Positions 60,855-64,000 of a stretch of 64,000 nucleotides of DNA are shown piece by piece; positions within the stretch are counted from its first letter, which is position 1, and the number at the start of each line of letters is the position of its first letter. The notes under the pieces are model-generated. The model did not search any database. It was given only the letters and a program-made list of their open reading frames with translations, and was not told where the DNA came from. Both the position numbers and the translations under genes were made by a program. Source of the stretch: a bacterium. Lineage in GTDB: Bacteria; JAJRZV01. The stretch spans positions 159-64,158 of the forward strand of contig JAJRZV010000047.1 of the NCBI GenBank assembly GCA_024275095.1, read 5' to 3'.

Positions 60855-61544
60855 ATGAAATGCCGACGTCCTATATACGAGTGGCCGGAAACACAGAGAC
60901 CACGCGAACGTGCACTTGACGAAGGAGTTGAGTCTCTTTCAGATTCAGAATTACTCGCGCTTATCATCGCAAAAGGCACGGCAGAACACAGTGCCGTTCA
61001 ACTGGGTGAAGCACTGATCCAGCGTTTCGGGTCCCTCGGAGAAATTGCCCGTCGCAACCCTGTTGAATTCATGGAAATTCCCGGTATCGGAAAGGCAAAA
61101 GCAGCTGCCATATCAGCTGCTTTTGAGATGGGACGGCGTGCACACTTACCGGATAAAGAGAAGGTTATATTGATAGGAAAACCAAGCGATGTCCATGCAT
61201 ACATGGCTCCCCGCATAGCCCACCTTCCACAGGAGACCTTCTGGGTACTACTTCTCAACACGCGCGGACGCCTTTTGCGAGCTGTAAAAATTTCTGAAGG
61301 AACACTCAATGCCACAGTAGCCCACCCCAGAGATGTCTTCAGAACGGCAATTGCTGAAAATGCCGCTTCCATTGTTCTCGTGCACAATCATCCAGGAGGG
61401 GACTCTTCCCCTTCACCAGCAGATGTGGAATTAACGCACCAGCTGGTTAAGGCTGGGGATATATTTGACATCAAAGTAGTGGATCACGTAATTATCACCA
61501 CAAATGGATACTTCTCTACAGCAGAAAAAATGGGTATTCCCTGA
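60855..61544 (+). CDS. radC: RadC family JAB-domain protein
   Basis: WP..QRPRER, LSDSELLA, GIGKAKA, HPRDVF, HNHPGGD..PS..D, DHVII; start ATG 60855. Confidence 0.95.
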   Translation: MKCRRPIYEWPETQRPRERALDEGVESLSDSELLALIIAKGTAEHSAVQLGEALIQRFGSLGEIARRNPVEFMEIPGIGKAKAAAISAAFEMGRRAHLPDKEKVILIGKPSDVHAYMAPRIAHLPQETFWVLLLNTRGRLLRAVKISEGTLNATVAHPRDVFRTAIAENAASIVLVHNHPGGDSSPSPADVELTHQLVKAGDIFDIKVVDHVIITTNGYFSTAEKMGIP

Positions 61545-61625
61545 CGATGTCTCTCTTGCTTGACCTGACGGAGACCTCACTGTAATGTAACATCCGTTAA
61601 CACACAAGAAGCTTGGAGGCGGGCC

Positions 61626-62765
61626 ATGAAAAAAATGATGTTGCTTTCTCCAGGGCCTACAGCTGTTCCTGATCGTGTGCTAAAAGCCATGAGCGAAGCC
61701 ACCATTCACCACCGTACAAGCGTGTTTGAAGAGGTTTTCGCTCAAGCGAGGGAAGGGCTCAAAAAGGTCTTTCAGGTAAGTAGCGATGTATTGATACTTG
61801 CTTCTTCAGGCACCGGGGCAATGGAAGCATCTGTGTCCAACTTCTTCCGCAAAACAGACACCTGTGTCTATATCAATGGTGGAAAATTCGGTGAGAGATG
61901 GGGCGAAATTTTGAGAGCTTATGGTGTTAACGCGATAGAAATTTCCGTAGAATGGGGACGAGCAGCGGTAGTCGAGGAAGTCGCGAGTATAGTTGAGAAG
62001 GAGAAGCCAGCAGGGCTCTTCTTCCAGGCATCTGAAACATCTACCGGTGTAAGGCACCCCACACAGGAAATTACAAAAGCGGTTAAAGAAGTTTCACCTG
62101 ACACTCTCATCGTTGTTGACGGTATTACAGGAGTGGGAGTGTTCGATATCCGGCCTGAAGAGTGGGGGCTTGACGTTCTTGTGTCGGGGTCACAAAAAGC
62201 TTTTATGCTGCCGCCGGGCTTGAGTTTTCTGTGGGCAAGTGAAAAGGCCTGGGAGAGAGCAAATGACTCCGACCTACCCTGTTATTACTTTGACCTGAAA
62301 AAAGAAAAGAAACAACAGGCGAAAAACCAGACCGCGTATACACCGGCCATAGGACTTGTTCTCGGATTAAAGGAATCCGTATCAATGATTCTTGAGGAAG
62401 GCCTGGAAAATGTGTTTAACAGACACGCAAAATTAGCCCGTGCTGCTCGCGAGTGCATGAAAGCGCTCAGCCTGGAACTTTTTTCAGAAGTTCCGGCAGA
62501 AGGTCTTACAGCGGTGAAAAGTCCTGCTGACATTGACGGGCAAAAGGTGGTTAAGCACATGCGTGAAACGTATGGAGTCGTTATTGCAGGGGGTCAGAGT
62601 CATCTCAAGGGCAAAATTTTCCGAGTCGCTCATATGGGCTATGTATTCGAATCTGACCTTCTGGCTGGGCTCGCTGCACTGGAACACACACTTCACGACC
62701 TCGGATATCCGGTGGAGTTCGGAAAAGGCGTTGGTGCCGCAGAAAAGTCCCTCGCGGAGGGTTAA
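61626..62765 (+). CDS. Class V aminotransferase (alanine-glyoxylate/serine-pyruvate family; probable phosphoserine aminotransferase)
   Basis: SPGPT, HHRT, SSGTGAMEA, SETSTGV, SGSQKAFMLPPGL, FRVAHMG; directly upstream of serA. Confidence 0.92.
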   Translation: MKKMMLLSPGPTAVPDRVLKAMSEATIHHRTSVFEEVFAQAREGLKKVFQVSSDVLILASSGTGAMEASVSNFFRKTDTCVYINGGKFGERWGEILRAYGVNAIEISVEWGRAAVVEEVASIVEKEKPAGLFFQASETSTGVRHPTQEITKAVKEVSPDTLIVVDGITGVGVFDIRPEEWGLDVLVSGSQKAFMLPPGLSFLWASEKAWERANDSDLPCYYFDLKKEKKQQAKNQTAYTPAIGLVLGLKESVSMILEEGLENVFNRHAKLARAARECMKALSLELFSEVPAEGLTAVKSPADIDGQKVVKHMRETYGVVIAGGQSHLKGKIFRVAHMGYVFESDLLAGLAALEHTLHDLGYPVEFGKGVGAAEKSLAEG

Positions 62766-62768
62766 AAC

Positions 62769-64000
62769 ATGGGAGAAAAATACAGAATTTTTGTTGCCGA
62801 CAAACTCCACAAAAAAGGCGTGGAATTGCTGGAAGCACAATCGGATTTTGAAGTGGTTGTAAAACCGGGGCTTGGCGAAGACGAACTATGTGAAGCCATC
62901 AAGGGGATGCACGCTGTCATTGTGAGAAGCGGAGTCAAAATCACCGGGAAAGTTATTGAAGCTGCTGATGTACTGCGGGTTATCGGGCGTGCAGGGATAG
63001 GTGTTGACAATATAGATGTTGCAAAAGCTACTGAACGTGGCATCCTGGTAATGAACAATCCAAGTGGTAATGCTGTCACAACAGCAGAACACGCCATAGC
63101 ACTCATGTTCGCTCTTGCACGTCGCATCCCCCAGGCCCATGCCTCCGTCACATCAGGAAAATGGGAACGAAGCAAGTTTCAGGGTACAGAACTAAGCGGC
63201 AAAATACTGGGCATTGTAGGTCTGGGAAACATCGGCAGTATCGTCGCAGAAAAAGCCGTTGGACTGGGACTCACTGTTATTGCACATGATCCATATGCTT
63301 CAGAAGAGGCTGCCAGGCGTCTCGGGGTAAAACTGGTCAGTTTTGATGAACTTCTCGAGCAGGCCGATATCATCACGCTTCACGTACCTCTTACAGAAAA
63401 TACAAAAGGGCTCATCGGGTCAAAAGCTCTTTCAAAAATGAAAGAAAGAGCCCTTCTGATTAACTGTGCCCGAGGCGGGGTTGTAGATGAAGAAGCTCTT
63501 GTTGAAGCACTGAAAGGAGGACGCATTGCTGGTGCTGCTATTGACGTTTACAGTCAGGAGCCACCCTCGCCCGACCATCCGCTGTTTTCATTAGAGAATG
63601 TGGTGTGCACACCCCATCTTGGTGCCTCAACACGAGAGGCTCAGGAGAATGTGGCTATAGGCATCGTGCAACAGATTACAGATTTTCTGCGCAAGGGCAT
63701 AATACGTCATGCGGTCAACATGCCGTCCATATCGCCCGAGGCATTTGAAGCCATACGGCCCTACACGTTCCTGATCGAGAAACTGGGCCGATTTGTGGCT
63801 CTCATGAAGGAAGAAGGAATTACCGCCGTATCTGTAAAGTATGCAGGTGATGTGGCCAAACATGACTGTACACCTCTCAACTTCTACCTGATGAAAGGGA
63901 TCTTGCAGCCGGCACTGGGAGAAAAAGTGAGTTTAGTCAATGCACAGCAGTTGTTCCGCGAACGAAGCATCAGGTTTACAGAATCAAAAACCGAAGCTCA
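62769..64000 (+). CDS. serA: D-3-phosphoglycerate dehydrogenase, runs off the window end
   Basis: Own translation from ATG 62769 (not in the ORF track): IGRAGIGVDNID, NAVTTAEH, GIVGLGNIG, INCARGG, TPHLGASTREAQ. Confidence 0.95.
   Translation, partial: MGEKYRIFVADKLHKKGVELLEAQSDFEVVVKPGLGEDELCEAIKGMHAVIVRSGVKITGKVIEAADVLRVIGRAGIGVDNIDVAKATERGILVMNNPSGNAVTTAEHAIALMFALARRIPQAHASVTSGKWERSKFQGTELSGKILGIVGLGNIGSIVAEKAVGLGLTVIAHDPYASEEAARRLGVKLVSFDELLEQADIITLHVPLTENTKGLIGSKALSKMKERALLINCARGGVVDEEALVEALKGGRIAGAAIDVYSQEPPSPDHPLFSLENVVCTPHLGASTREAQENVAIGIVQQITDFLRKGIIRHAVNMPSISPEAFEAIRPYTFLIEKLGRFVALMKEEGITAVSVKYAGDVAKHDCTPLNFYLMKGILQPALGEKVSLVNAQQLFRERSIRFTESKTEA

Noticed and set aside
60855-61544. 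radC as a marker of a mobile element
   Set aside because: Full-length chromosomal type with the N-terminal HhH region, in a housekeeping context

Overview
64-kb chromosomal window from a bacterium, by gene content most likely an anaerobic Deltaproteobacteria-like organism (Desulfobacterota/Myxococcota-type; this is inference). It holds about 50 CDSs, two tRNAs (Gly-GCC, Leu-TAA), and no CRISPR array, rRNA or intact mobile element. Main blocks: ClC channel; orphan CobN/BchH + ChlI/D chelatase; MEMO1; murJ-ispG; histone-H1-like protein; a FadR-type TetR operon with 2 acyl-CoA dehydrogenases, Ltp4/Ltp3-like thiolase-fold proteins and 2 DUF35 proteins; an octaheme HAO-like cytochrome; DegT plus two alkaline-phosphatase-superfamily enzymes; a heme-c sensor kinase/archaemetzincin/NtrC unit facing a sigma-54 operon of three GcvH-like proteins interleaved with HybA/HybB-like subunits and no catalytic subunit; a probable acquired TetR-MMPL-LolA-like-porin block beside an IS remnant; an NTT-HEAT-cNMP fusion; pgsA, radC, class V aminotransferase-serA. 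The most unusual signals are: (1) a duplicated intergenic module with tandem perfect G-quadruplex motifs (GGGATAGGGCGGG[T/C]GGG) and a GC hairpin sitting just before the Shine-Dalgarno of two genes in the thiolase operon; (2) the GcvH-like/HybAB sigma-54 system; (3) a GC-rich structured RNA followed by an SD and a 5-codon ORF (MFWFG). All assignments come from reading motifs by eye; no database search was run.
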